A DNA stretch of 64,000 nucleotides. It comes from Callorhinchus milii. Taxonomy: Eukaryota. The stretch lies in NCBI RefSeq assembly GCF_018977255.1, contig NW_024704745.1, positions 41,106,001 to 41,170,000 on the forward strand, in the 5' to 3' direction. A program made the position numbers and the translations under genes. How positions within the stretch are numbered: position 1 is the stretch's first letter; every line of letters starts with the position of its first letter. The notes beneath the pieces are model-generated. The model saw only the letters and a list, made by a program, of their open reading frames with translations. It did no database searches and was not told where the DNA came from. Shown piece by piece: positions 24,482 through 38,099 of this stretch.

Positions 24482-27400
24482 ATGGCCAGGGCTATCTGTA
24501 TACTTTTTGGTATCCGTAATGCCTTTGGAGTCGTTCACTTCAAATCAGATGTGAGTAACAGTAAAACCAGACTTTAAACTAGACTTGGGCAGTTTGAGTT
24601 TAAATAACATTCTTCAATGATCCGCTCAACAGAACCCCTTCAGTGTTAACCAAAGGGTTTGTTTTGTACTCCCAAGTTGTGTCGTTACTGTTCTCAGTGG
24701 TGGTTAGTGAGACCCTTCATTGCATACGGTCGGAATAACTAACTACGCGTTATCTCTGTGAGCTGTGGTGCAACACCGACTACTGAGAAAAACTGCGATT
24801 GAGTTGTGGGAACACTGGCAGTAAAATGACCAGGACTCGTGTACACTGAGGAAGAGGGACCTTTCATTGGCATTGCTGTACTACATCCTCAAGATGCGTT
24901 GGTGTCACTTGTTGTCACCCTTTAGACCTCGAGGCTTGTGAGTTTATATGAAGCTGATCAATGAGAATTTTTTTTAAAAAAGGGAATATATATTCAAATA
25001 GAGACAAATCGTGTCCAGAGGAAAAAATATGTAAAAACCAGAATTCCCACACCGAGAGTTGTTATTTCTGCAATTAAAAAACTCCCATAAAAGGGAGTGG
25101 AACCAGAAAAGGGGGTGACTGGGTTGCCAACTGTCAATAAAGTTAAGTTGCTTTTTGAAGGAAGCCGTTTTTGATGTGTCAGTACAATCAACAACAAAAA
25201 AAACCATAAGGGAATAAAAAAAATTCTTCTCCCTTGAATCCCCAGTCCTAAAATATTCAAATTAATTGGCTACTTATTGATGTTTATGGGATACTGCTGG
25301 CACAGATTAACTGCTTATTTTGTCAATGTAACAACATCCACTTGATGTTCTAATCAATTATAATTAATTATTATTATTTCTGATGTGGGGAGGGTGGTCA
25401 TCTGAAAGGTTTTCTTAGAAAATCCTCAATTTTTAAAATTGTGATCACATTTAAACTGGAAACCGAGAAATACAGACACACAAAATGCCAGAGGGAAAGC
25501 AGATGAGAAAAAAGTGAGAAAACAAGAGATCAGTTTACACTTATATAGCCATAAAAGAAATATGTCAAAATGCTTTACACCATATAGATGTTAACAATAA
25601 TAATAATCCTTGCATTTGATATAGCGCTTTTCACGTCGGGAGGACGTCCCAAAGTGCTTCACAGAACACACTGTAAAGTGAATTGACTGTATATTTGTGG
25701 GCGAATGCGGCAGCCAATTGCGCACAGCAATGTCCCACAAACAGTCGTAGATTGAAAATGACCAATTTATTATTGTTTTTGATTTTGGAGGGATTATTAT
25801 TAGGTGTGTGGAGTAAGGAAACTTGCCCAAGGTTTCGCCCTCTGCCTGGAATTGAACTCAGGTCTCTCACTTGCAAAGCGAGTGCTCTAACCACTGAGCT
25901 ACAGGACTCCACAAACCTGTTGCTATTCCTTAATGTCCGGTTGGAATTACAGAGGTTCACACTCTGCAGTGTTGCTCACTTTGGTTGGATCCTGGCAGTA
26001 TGGCCACAGCATTGTCCTTGCACAAACTTGATGTCCTCAAGTCAGCTTTTCACTGTGGGAGTAGAGGAAACTGACTTAAGTCATTGTCATTGAAATGCCG
26101 AAATGCTCCAAATAGCTTTAAATAGTAATCCATTTTTAAAGCGTCACTAATTGAATAAAATGAGCAGAGTTAGTAAAGATTTTTACATGGAATTTTGATT
26201 TTGTAGATGAATGGACACATGACAGTAAAAGGAGAGTTTACTGGGCTGCCTCCTGGAAAGCATACACTTAATATTCACAGCTTTGGTGACATCACTGATG
26301 GTATGAAATTTATATCTTGTGGTTACGCAATGGGTTTGATGTTCTTTCTATGCTTGCGTGTCAATGCTTTAGCTGTAACCTACCAAATGTTTTGCAGAAA
26401 TTACAAATAACCTCCAAAGATGGCCAAAAGTATGGTCAAAGAGGCAGGTCTTGAGACAGAGCTTGGAGGAGGTGCAGGAATGGGATGAGGCGAAGGGAGT
26501 TCTAGCGAGTGGGGCAGAGATGGGAAGCAATTGGTGGAAAGAGAACATCTTGGACTAGTAGTTGAATTTGTCTTGAGGAGAAAGGAAGGGCCATGAATTT
26601 AACCTTTGACTTAAAACAAAGCCAACTTTGAAGGGATGAGCATGGAACAAGCTAAAGTAAAATGGGAGCATTTGATAGTTACAACTAACACACAGTGGAA
26701 TCTATTCAAAAAGGTAATTGTAATTTTGTTGTCGTTGTTGTAGCACATTATATAAATAGGAATGCACCCATGAAAGCAAAGATCGTGCTTCCAAGTCCCG
26801 TTGTATGTAAATGGTGAAGTGTTAGATGGTTTTTCGAGTGATATTGTGAAGTGGATTTCTGTTATGTTCAGAGATTTACATTGGCTGCACATGCTAACAA
26901 GTCAGAAAAACAGCTAAGTATTGAGGATTTAGAAAATACCACAGCAACAAGATATTACTCAGCTAAACAGCTTGTTTCCCCTATCAAAGGAGTCAAGAAG
27001 ATAACAGCAAGTTACGGGCAGACATTATGTTTGGGGAGCTGCACATGCTCAAAAGATTTTTTAAAAAATCATAGATGTCTTCTGTAAAGCAGGTATTTTG
27101 TTTAAACGGCCAAATTACTGAGACCTTTACTCCACTGGTACTGAATCATTAACATTAAGTGTGACCTGGATTGAAAATAATGCATACTTTTAAAAATTGT
27201 ACAGCACAACATTTCTGCAAATTGCTGGTGGTAGAATATGAAGCCCTCTTGGTGGAAAAAATTAATAGGTTTGTAGGGATTCTCCAATGGATCCTCTAGT
27301 CCAACCCTAGAGAATACATGTTGGGGATTGAGTAGACATCCATACCAGGCGAGGCACAATCAACTAATGGAAAATCTCATGATAACTAGACCTCCTTTGA

Positions 27401-30022
27401 GGCTGCTGGGGCATTCACCCTACTTTTCTTTTGTTTAATCAAAATATATATATTTATTTGTTGCTATATATTTACGCTTGTCCCAGATATTATCAAACCT
27501 GTTACAAAAAAGAAGACGCAACATGTTATTATCCTGTTACAGAATGCAACAGACCCGGCCCCTTGTGACGGAGGGCTTGCCTCTGCGCACTCCACTTTGG
27601 TGAAGGGACCAAGGCTTCCCTGCAGTTGCAAATGAGGTCTTGTAACCCTTCCCTATCCCTCCCCTTTTAGTGGGGAGTGTGGACAGATTCACAGCACACA
27701 GGTTGTGCACACATTTTTTTCGGACGCACCCTTAAAGACAGTCATGAATTGCCCGTGTGCACTGCCCGCACACCCTGATAAGACGCACTTACTGCTTTCG
27801 GATGGCGTCCCGATGTGCACAGTACACAACATGTTTACCCAAACACACGTCTGGAAACCTCACAAACCCATACACGAGTCCCACCCATCATCTTCTGGGG
27901 TTCTGTTCCCTTTTTCTACAGGGAGCAGTTACATGGTTGGGCTAGTCCAGGCTTTGCCATCATTTTACCGGACGGTGAGCCTTTACCTCACTCCCAGTCA
28001 CTCCCCCTTTTATGGGGGGAGGCAGACATACTACATTTATGGGACGCTCATTTGTTTACATCTCGAGCGTCCCTCTATACATTTACATGGTCCCAGATGT
28101 TTATTCACAGTTTTGGGTGCCCTTGTGAATGCACCCTGATGTCTCCTTCTCACTGGTAGGGACCCCGGCGTGGGGGATGTGATGCCACTGTGGGGGCAGC
28201 TAGCACAGGAGTGGCCCTGGCTGGGGTCAAGCATGTCCCTCAGTATGTAGTCCTTGATCCTAGTGTGCGTGAGCCTGAGGCAGGCCCTCTCCGTCCCTCG
28301 TTCTGCCTGAAGACCACCAGGTTTCGGGAGTGCCAAAGTGCCTCCTTTACAGAGTTGATAATCCTCCAGGCACACTTGCTGTGGATTTTGCTGGTGCCCA
28401 GGAAGAGGCTGAGGGCAGCGCTGACTGGCCCAGACCTCAACTATGCATGAAAGCCATGAGGGGAAGGCCCTTTTTATCACCAACCAACCTGATGGTTGTT
28501 GGTCAGGGCCGGTGACGAGGCATTCTGCCACATGTCACCACAGTCACCACAGGATAACTCCTGATCGGGTTGGCCCTCTCCCCCTTACTGTTTCAACTAC
28601 TTGCCGCGTGGATCACTCGGTGATTGCGTGGGGGTCTGGAATGGTGTTCTTCATAAATTTCTCTACACATGATAGGTGTTTTGCCACACTCCAACTGCGA
28701 GGAACGTTTTGAGGCAGTCCTGCCAGACACGCCCTTCTCAGCACCAGGTACAGGTAGAAGCCCAGCACATAGTGGCATTTGTTGCTGGCGTAGAGGGGCT
28801 CTAGGCACAGCCTCAGGCAGCCACACACAAAGGTGGCCATGAGGATCAGGGCTACGTTAGGGACATCTTCCCCCCTGTGCTCCTTGCTAGTACTGTTTAA
28901 TTTTTTCTACTGTTCCTGGTCCTTTTAACTTCTTTAGGGTGAAAGATGTCAGTACTGATAGCTGCCATTAACTGCCAGCAAATATATTTTTTTGTGTATC
29001 CTCTGTGAAGTCAGTCTGGAGATAGCAAATAACTCTCTGCCACCCAGCATGGATTCTTTTTTGTTGATCTGTTTTTAAGTAATGTAATCTAGTGTTCTGG
29101 ACTTCTCAAAAAAAAAAGTTAATGTTATTTGTTTAAGGTTGGGTCAGTGCAGGATCTCATTTCAACCCCAATAAAAAAACAGTTTTGCTACAAGGTGTAC
29201 TACAAGAAAGCAACATGTGAGTATTGGATTTTAATGTGCTTTCGATCTCGCTGCTTCACCCGTCCTTCACCCTCCCTGAACCCCAGTTCAGGTCCGTAAC
29301 TCTTGTCCAGTTCTTTGGGACATCCTCCCAACGTGAAAGGCGCTATTCAAATGTAATTTTGTTATTGTTGTAATGTTAATAAAAAGAATAAAAAGTCCTT
29401 GAATATTTTTTAACAATGATTCCAGACACAAAACATTTTTTATTCTCTGTAGCCCTCAAGGTGACCTTGGGAACATTGATGTTAATGAAGATGGTTTGGC
29501 CAAGTTTGAATTTAATGCTTGCAATTTCAGCCTGTCAGGAATTAATTCTGTTATTGGACGCTCTCTGGTGGTAAGAATCATTACTTCAGGATATGTGTAC
29601 CCCCACTTTTGTGTGCTCTTCTGAGCAAACTTTTCTGGGCATTGGAAAATGTTCTCTAATATACAAAAATAAACATCTAAAATACATTTTAATTGAGATG
29701 CATTTAAAACTGCAAATAGTGGTTACTGTTTCCTCTATATTCTTCTTCTCATTTTTGTAAAACTTTCATTTAACAGTTTTTGAAGTTAATTTATTCATCA
29801 CTTGGTAGCCAGGTCCTGTTAATCTTTATCATATAATTTTAAATAATTCCATACCAATAGCAGAACTGGGTAATGGCATGTCTTTCCTTTTTAAAGATTC
29901 ACAAGATTGAAGATGACCCAGCTAAAGCCTCAAATGAGAAGTACAAAACTGGAAATTTCAGCACAAGTTTAGCTTGGGGAGTGATTGGAATTTGTCAGAA
30001 CAATATTTCACAGGAAGACTAA
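24482..30022 (+). CDS. SOD1-like paralog (copy 2), highly diverged, 5 exons, 161 aa, predicted catalytically inactive
   Basis: Exons 24482-24550, 26207-26300, 29138-29216 (79 nt, +9 in frame), 29453-29570, 29897-30022, all GT-AG, no stops. Protein MARAICILFGIRNAFGVVHFKSDMNGHMTVKGEFTGLPPGKHTLNIHSFGDITDGWVSAGSHFNPNKKTVLLQGVLQESNIPQGDLGNIDVNEDGLAKFEFNACNFSLSGINSVIGRSLVIHKIEDDPAKASNEKYKTGNFSTSLAWGVIGICQNNISQED. AATAAA at 30295-30300. Confidence 0.9.
25595..25910 (-). mobile_element. tRNA-derived SINE, full length, in intron 1 of copy 2
   Basis: Same family as 50045-50370. Confidence 0.92.
27430..28850 (-). mobile_element. L1/Tx1-like LINE 3' fragment in intron 2 of copy 2
   Basis: Minus-strand fragments CAWRIINSVKEALWHSRNLVVF and CHYVLGFYL..VEKFMKNT resemble a Tx1-type ORF2 C-terminus (recalled similarity, not searched). 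Confidence 0.6.
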
Positions 30023-30627
30023 GTGAAAAAAATCCAACCAAACAGTGATACTGATTGTAATGATGTCTGTAATATCATTTGAGTTTTCCTCATGACATGC
30101 TAAATGTCATTTATTTATGTTAAATATTCTTCCACATCTCAGCTTCACTCTTTTGCACACAGTTACACAACGAACAGTTTTTCTAAAATGTTTCTGCATA
30201 AACACCAGTGATTATTTTTGTGTACTGAATATATTCATTCATAACTATTCAACTTTTCTTTCTTTCTATTTGGTGTACAAAAAAGGTTTGAACCAATAAA
30301 ATTGTAATATTATTTGAACAGCCTTTCAATGCATTAATAAGTAAGTATTAGCTGCAGAACAGAACTGCAGAGAGAGAACAGAACTGCAGAGATCTATGGC
30401 AGAATATAATTATTTGAGCTCCCCTAACTGTTAAACAGCTCATAATATTTGTGAATGTGGTCAGTTTGAGAAAACGTCTGAATTATATCACTGATGTTTG
30501 CTTCTATTAAAACCACATGGTAGAAGCATTTAAAACGTATTTCATTTTTATATTGCATAACTTTTATTAAATTGGATATTTTTTGGTTTAACCCACCTGG
30601 TCACGGCATGCTTCCTTTCTTCTGAGG

Positions 30628-31075
30628 ACAGCAACAGCAAACAACATTTGTATAGCGCCTCTCACTTTGGAGACCGTCCCAAGACGCCGGACAGTTAAGG
30701 GTTTGACCCAAGGTGGGGGATGGATTCCAGAGGGTGGGGGCCGAGGGGGCGGGAAAATTACCAAAGGTGTGTTCAAAGAGGAAGGTCTTGATAGGGACCT
30801 TGAAGGAGGTGCGGGAAGGAGGGAGGTGAGGGAGGGAGGGTGGGGTTCCAGAGTGGGAGCAGAAAGGGTGAAGGCTCGACTGCCAATGATGGGGCGGGCA
30901 AGGCGGGGGATACGAAGCCGGCAAAGCATTTGCGGAGCGCCGGGAGCAGGCGGGTTGGTAAGATTTTAGAAAGTCGCAGAGAGATAGGGTGGGGGCAAGA
31001 CCATGGAGGGCTTTAGAAGTGAGGACAATTGAACTGATGGGAAGCCAGTGGAGCAGGGCAAGGATGGGTTGGGGG
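30628..31075 (-). mobile_element. L2 3' fragment between copy 2 and copy 3
   Basis: LHWLPI..KALHGLAP..FKVPIKTFLFE. Confidence 0.85.
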
Positions 31076-31280
31076 TGGTGGTGTGGGGGGGGGGGGTGGG
31101 CATCGAGTCCCATCAGGTACACACACCTACTGTGCAGGTACAGGTAATCTGCATCTGCAAAAAAGCGTGTGCGTGGCGGCGTGTGAATTTGCAGAGACCG
31201 CGTGAGATGTGACTGACAAAGCCATTGGCGGTGTTGGGGAGTGAGATGACGTAGTGGGGGGTGTGGGGTGTGAGGGGGAC

Positions 31281-31674
31281 ATGGTGGTGAAGGCGGTTTG
31301 TGTGCTGAAGGACGAAAGCCATTTCCAACGCCAGTTCCCTCCCGGCGCTGGAGACACAACTCCCGGTGTTGCTGGAGTCGTCCANNNNNNNNNNNNNNNN
31401 NNNNNNNNNNNNNNNNNNNNNNNNNNNNNNNNNNNNNNNNNNNNNNNNNNNNNNNNNNNNNNNNNNNNNNNNNNNNNNNNNNNNNNNNNNNNNNNNNNNN
31501 NNNNNNNNNNNNNNNNNNNNNNNNNNNNNNNNNNNNNNNNNCTGAGTGTTTAGTTGGGATGGATGTGCTGTGTGAGCGTCACTCCCCCCCCACTCCCCCC
31601 CCCCCCACTAACTGACTCCAGATTTAAACCGCCGGGGGTTCTGCTGTGTGTCAGCGGTCACGGTGACCCCTCTC

Positions 31675-31705
<31 letters not shown>

Positions 31706-34700
31706 GGGGTTTGCAAACCTGCAATTAAATGGCTCAATTTTTAACTCCGGTCTCCGTGGGGCGGGGAGGGGGTTTCTCTCGAAAAATAAATCCTTTTTTT
31801 TTGAATGACTCCATTTTAACGACGGCTCTGTCGCATTATTCGAATAACCGTTTTTTTTTTTGGGGGGGGGGGTGGGGGGGGGGTCGACAGAGCAGAACCC
31901 ACACCGCTTCTTCTGGCTAAGATTTCTCCTTATTGAGCAGGAATTACCAGAACATGTTCAGGTTTGTTCCCACACAACTCCCCGGTCCCTTCTCCTCACT
32001 GGAAACCATTGACCACTCCCCACTGACTCTGACAAACCTCCCTTTTTTTGCCCCTCTCTCCCCCTTCACACACACACACACAGGTCCACATAAACTATCC
32101 AGTTGTTGCCCATCGCCATGTTCTGCTTTCCTCTCCCAGGTGCTGAAGCATGTCTGCCTGTCAATTCACTCTTTCCTCTCCCAACGCTCCCAGTGTGAAT
32201 TCCTTCAGTCAAGCTTCCACCCACCCACAGCACTGAGAGGTTTGGTCAAAATGGCATCCTCCCTGTCCGTAAGCGGTAGTCAGAGCGCTCCTCGCTCTTT
32301 CTGCTGCCTTTGACACTCATCCTCCATATAAAGATAAAAGTTCACCCCTAACCTTGATGTTTGCCGACCTGTGTCTAAGACTCACGAGTCAGACATCCAA
32401 TTTGACCAAAACAAATGTCCACCAATGTTTCTAGCACATTCGCTGCTTGGCAACTTATAACATGATTGAAATCTAAATTTAACGCATTATTATCACTCCA
32501 TTCTTAGCTCTTGGGAATGTCGTCCGCAGACATGGGGTACACACCCAACTCTTATTTTTCCACCTCACTTTGTGACCCCCCAGTCCCCTGATGTTCTGTC
32601 AGTCTGCCTGTCAGACCTCAGGGGTTGGATAAGCGTGAATTTCCTTCAGCTGAACGTTGACAAGACGGAAGCCATACTCTTTGGCTCTCGTCAATGTCTT
32701 AAATCACATGGTTCTCACCTCCTCCACCTATCCGACCTCCCACTAAAACTCTCTGAATCCGTACTCAACCTAGGGGTCAGGTTCGACCCCCAATTGTCCT
32801 TCCTCCCCCCCCATCTGGTCCCTCAACAGCACCGCTTTCTTCCACCTCCGATGCATCGCCCGTCTCCGCCAATACCTCACCCCAAAAGCCGCCGAAATCC
32901 TGGTCCATGCCTTTGTCACCTCTCGGCTGGACTATTCAAATGCCCTCCTCGCCGGTCTCCCCTCCACTACCATTCATAAAATCCAGGTCATAATAATAAT
33001 AATAATAATCCTTGCATTTGATATAGCGCTTTTCACGTCGGGAGGACGTCCCAAAGCGCTTCACAGAACACACTGTAAAGTGAATTGACTGTATATTTGT
33101 GGGCGAACGCGGCAGCCAATTGCGCACAGCAATGTCCCACAAACAGTCGTAGATTGAAAATGACCAATTTTATTATTGTTTTTTTTTTGTTTTTTTGGAG
33201 GGATTATTATTAGGCGTGTGGAGTAAGGAAACTTGCCCAAGGTTTCGCCCTGCCTGGAATTGAACTCAGGTCTCTCGCTTGCAAAGCGAGTGCTCTAACC
33301 ATTGAGCTACAGGACTCATACAAAACTCTGCCGCCTGCATTCTTACCCACACCAAACTCCGCTCCCCGATTACCCCAGTCCTTGCCAGACTGCACTGGCT
33401 GCCTGTCCCAGAGAGGATCGATTTTAAGATCCTCACTCTTGCCTTCAAATCCCTCCACTCCTCTGCACGGCCCTACCTCTCTGATCTCCTCTCCCCACAC
33501 AGCAGTGCATGTTGCCTTCGCTCCACCAGGTCTGACCTCCTCTTTGTCCCCCGAATCCTCCACTCCACCATCGGCGGCCGGGTCTTCAGCCACTACGCCC
33601 TGAGACTCTGGAACTCCGTTCCTCACTCCCTTCGCCTCACCCCCTTTCTCCCTACTTTCAAGTCTCGGCTGAAGACCTTTCTTTTCAACCGCGCTTTTGG
33701 TCACCTTCTTCCCCCTCCCCCTGGCTCGGCCCCAGGATCCGTTACTGTGAAGCTCTCTGAGACGCCGTCCGGCGTGGAGGGCGCTATATGAATCCAAGTT
33801 GTTGTTTTGACTAGTTTTCTAAATGAAAATTAAATATGTTCATGGAGAATTAACTTTATAATGTATGGTGCTAACTCAAAAGAACACCATATCTAACCAC
33901 TTCTACGAGGCCACTTCTGTATGAAACTATTATCTTGCAGGAAAATGAGCCAGTGTTAATAAAAGGAAACATTTCTGGATTAGCTCCTGGAAAGCATGGG
34001 CTTCATGTTTGCACCTTTGGAAACCTTTTAAATGGTATGTAATATACACCTGTTTCATAAAAATATTCCATTACTATCTTACTGTCAATTTCAGTTCATT
34101 CCTGATTTTTCAATTTCCTAAGACAAATTGGTTTAGTTAGCATTGCATTTAGAGTAATAAGATATGCAAAAAAGTTTCATTTTCTCCTTTGAGTGCTCCA
34201 CATTTTAAGTTCTCTGATAAATGCAGGATGTCATCACATTTCCATCGCCTTGGGATGTGCTGCCGACGTGAAAAGCTCTATACCCATGTGATTTTGTACT
34301 GTATTGTAACAGTTTAAGATGGGAATTTTTCAGTGGGAAAAGCAGCAGGCAGCTCTTGTAGTGTTTTTTTTAACCAGGATGACTATGGTAAGTAATTTGA
34401 CATTTTAAATTTAGCTTACCTCAAAATAGACTCCAAGTCATATTCACTCCCAAGGCAGTAAATGGTCTAATTCCACCTGGAGCACTGTCTGCAATCCCTG
34501 TCATTGTATTAGAGTAAAAGATATCTTAATATTAGAGGAAATACACTGAGAAGCAAGTAGATTAATAGCTGTGTGTGGGCATAAATTATTGGGAGAATCT
34601 AGATAGAAGCGAAGACTCAGGGAGATCTTATTGAAATATTCAAGATCCAAAAGGCCATTTTTTAAAAAATCTTTGTGGCCAGCCAGATAATAATAATAAT

Positions 34701-37360
34701 CCTTGCATTTGATATAGCACTTTTCACATCTTCTAGATATCTCAAAGCATTTCACAGAATAAACTGTAAAGTCAATTGACTGTATATTTGTGGATGAAAC
34801 ATGCACAGCAGTGTCCCACAAACAGTCGTGGATTGAAGTGACCAATTTTATTATTTTTTTTCTTGAGGGTTTATTATCAGTCATGTGGAGTAAGGAAACT
34901 TGCCCAAAGTTTTGCTTGTGAGGCGAGTGCTCTAACCACTGAGCTACAGGTCTTCCACAGATACAAAAGATAGTCTTTTCCTACACATTATTTATGTAAT
35001 TTTGGTAAACAAAAGAATGGCTAGCCCTTTGTGTTGGACAAACCAGATGCTTAATGTCTTATTTCTCTTCGGAAACTTCTTTGTTGTTTTCCTGAATGCA
35101 AAGGAAATATTTCATAATATAATTGTTTCCAGGTCACTTCAGTTTAGGATCACATTTCAATCCATATGAGAAAAAACACGGAGGACCAGAAGATGAAGAA
35201 AGGTGAGTTTTGGATGTATAGATGGTCCAAGTAGGAACCATCATAAAAATAACAACAACAAACAACAACAACTTGGATTTATATGGCGGCCTTCACTCGG
35301 GGCATCATGGGGTAATGTCTTGGAGTGCTTAATAGTTGTGGAGTTTGACGGTAGGCCAGTTTGAGAAGGGGGTAACTATAGGCACGATGGAAGAGGAAAG
35401 TCTTTAGGTGTCATCTGGAGATGGATAAAGAGGGAGCAAGTGAAGGGATTGAGAAAAAAATAACCTTTTTGTTAATTAAAGTTGTGACCCAACATTAGAA
35501 ATATAGTCAATCAATTGCCAGTTCTTGCCAGGCTCCACTGGCTTACAACCACTGAATGGTTTGATTTCAAGATCCTCACAAATGTCTTCAAATCCTTTCA
35601 TGCCCTGACACCTTCCTACCTCGCCTACCTGCTTATTCCCCAATCTGTTGCCTTGGCTAGAATGCCTCTGTCCTCCTGCTTGCCCTACTATTGTACGGCT
35701 CTGAGATGCTACCCTGCATGAGGGGCACTATATAAATGCAAGTTATTGTTGAATTATGTCGACCATTTTTTAGTCTGCCAGGCTTTTACGCCTTGACAAG
35801 CGAGACATCTGGGTTCAATTCCAGGCAGGGCTAAACCTTGGGCAAGTTTCCTTACACCACACGCCTAATAATAATCCCTCCAAAACAAAAAAAATAATAA
35901 ATTGGTCATTTTCAATCCACGACTGTTTGTGGGACACTGCTGTGTGCAATTGGCTGCCACCTTTCGCCCACAAATATACAGTTAATTCACTTTATAGCAT
36001 ATTCTGTGAAGTGTTTTGAGACATCTAGAAGATGTGAAAAGCGCGATATAAAATGCAAGGATTATTATTATTATATTTTATAGAACCCCAGAGCCAAAAT
36101 ATTTTGGAATTTAAAGTGTTACAAAATGTTACTTCCTGATGTAATGATATATTTCTATAAATTTAGACATTTGGGTGCCAGTTAGACAGAAATTGGATAT
36201 TTTAATATTTAGTTCACTCCCACTGGTACTGATATCTGGTTAAACCTCAGTAGCAGGTCTTATTGGTGTCCTGCAGCTCAGTGGTTAGAGCATTCGCCCC
36301 GCAAGTGAGAGGACCTCGGTTCGACTCCCAGGCAGGGCAAAAAGTTGCGCAAGTTTTGTTACTCCACACACCTCTGTTTACCTTGCAGTACGTAGGTATC
36401 CGATCGTTTGTCAATTGCGGATCAATTTTCTGGGGGTAATATTCATTTAAAAAAAGAATAATAATTTGTCAGTCAATATACGACCTTTTGTGGGACACTG
36501 TTGTGCGCAATTGGGTCCCGGGTTTCACCCATAAAATATACAGTCAATTCACTTTACAGTATATTCTGTGAAGTGCTTTGAGATGGCTCGAAGACATGAT
36601 AAGGCAATATATCAAATACAATTATTATTATTATATATTTGCTACAATTTTACTATGTAATAAAACATTCAACAAGTAAACTTTGGTGTCTTATTATTTT
36701 TAATCTGCTGTAGGCACGTAGGAGACCTGGGAAATGTGATAGCTAACAAAGAAGGTGTGGCAGAGTTTCAAATACAAGATCGACTTCTCCAACTTTCCGG
36801 AGTTTTGTCCATTATTGGACGTTCTCTGGTGGTAGGTACTAAAAGTCTGCCATTTGCTCAGTAACAACAATGGTAGCGTATTGTACTTTCAACTGCAGGA
36901 TACTGCAGTTCAAATTGTGTGGAACTGCGTAGATTCTAGAAATTGCTGGGGTACTGAGGGGTTGTCTAATGCCCCTGTGATCAGTATTGAGATTTGTTCC
37001 TCCTGGCTGTTCTTTTAAACATTATTTAAAACATCTTTTAAATAATGGAAATACAAATTATTAATATAATAAATAATTGTAAATAATGTCAAATACAAAT
37101 TTGACCTACTAGAATAATTCTGTTTTAATTTTAATTAACTATATTAATATATGTGCTTGTGTAAAGATAGAAGACTATCAAGTAAATGATGAATACAAAT
37201 GTCTAGATCACTGACACTGTTTTACTTTGTAAAGATTGAGGAAAAAGAAGATGACTTGGGAAAAGCTGGAAATGAAGAAAGCCTTCTAACAGGGAATTCT
37301 GGAAAAGGTTTAGCCTGTGGAGTGATTGGTATAGCTGATGTTGTTATGAATTTAACTTGA
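31281..37360 (+). CDS. SOD1-like paralog (copy 3), 5 exons, exon 1 truncated by an assembly gap
   Basis: Exon 1 31281->31384 ([34 protein letters not shown]..., donor presumably in the N gap). Exons 33941-34034, 35133-35202, 36714-36831, 37235-37360 encode [141 protein letters not shown] at 37663 and 37680. Confidence 0.88.
31385..31541. other. Assembly gap (157 N)
   Basis: Run of N. Confidence 1.
32505..33806 (+). mobile_element. L2 3' portion in intron 1 of copy 3
   Basis: [33 protein letters not shown] and an L2 tail. Confidence 0.88.
32990..33317 (-). mobile_element. tRNA-derived SINE nested in an L2
   Basis: Same family. The L2 sequence ATCCAGGTCATA|CAAAACTCTG resumes on both sides. 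Confidence 0.92.
34687..34950 (-). mobile_element. tRNA-derived SINE, internally deleted
   Basis: Head, core and tail are all recognisable. Confidence 0.85.
35775..36633 (+). mobile_element. Two tRNA-derived SINE copies (about 35775-36075 and 36267-36633)
   Basis: Same head, core and tail motifs. Confidence 0.85.
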
Positions 37361-38099
37361 GACTGATTATAATGTTTCTAAACTTAAGTATACAAATAGT
37401 TTTATATCAGTAAACAACATTTTCAAATTAGTTTAAACATTACCAATTTATATCAAATTGGCCTTCTATGCATTTAATATTCTGTTTCCGTTTATTTTGA
37501 AAATGTTCTTCATACAACATTCTTCATTGTATTTGTAACCTTGACACCTTCATTTAACTTTTCCGGTTAATATATTTGGGAACTACTAATGAAATTGGAT
37601 AGTTACTGATCTTGAATATATAATTTTTAAATTATATAACAAATAATGAAATACAAAAGGGAAATAAAGGTGTAATTACAATAAACCTTTGTTAATAGGT
37701 GTTTTGATTCCTACAGAACGATAAAGAGATTTTTAAAATATACACCATTTTATGCATCAAATTTTTTTTTGTATCATTAATTACTATGTAGAAACCTTTA
37801 ACTTAGCTGAATAAGGAGTTGTAAGTTCCCATAGCAAGGTCAGTACTTGGGTTAGTACATATAACAGTCCACTTATATCAAGCACATCATTTTACCTTTA
37901 GTCATCAGTCATCATCACCTGGAGAAAAGTTGGCATAAATGGAAATAAGGTGACTTTGAAACACAAGGACTTAATCAATTCTTTTGATTCAAAGTGGTGG
38001 ACCAACACAACCACTGCTCAGAATCTATTTAAGTCATGAAATGGGGAATATGATGTGGACTCTGCTTTTCCTCATTAACCAAATTGCCTATTTTGAAGA

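Noticed and set aside
24482-30022. Copy 2 as secreted SOD3-like or as CCS (hydrophobic N-terminus, three N-x-S sequons)
   Set aside because: The N-terminus aligns with SOD1 strand 1 and is not an added signal peptide. The exon structure is SOD1-type, and there is no ATX1-like domain or C-terminal CXC.
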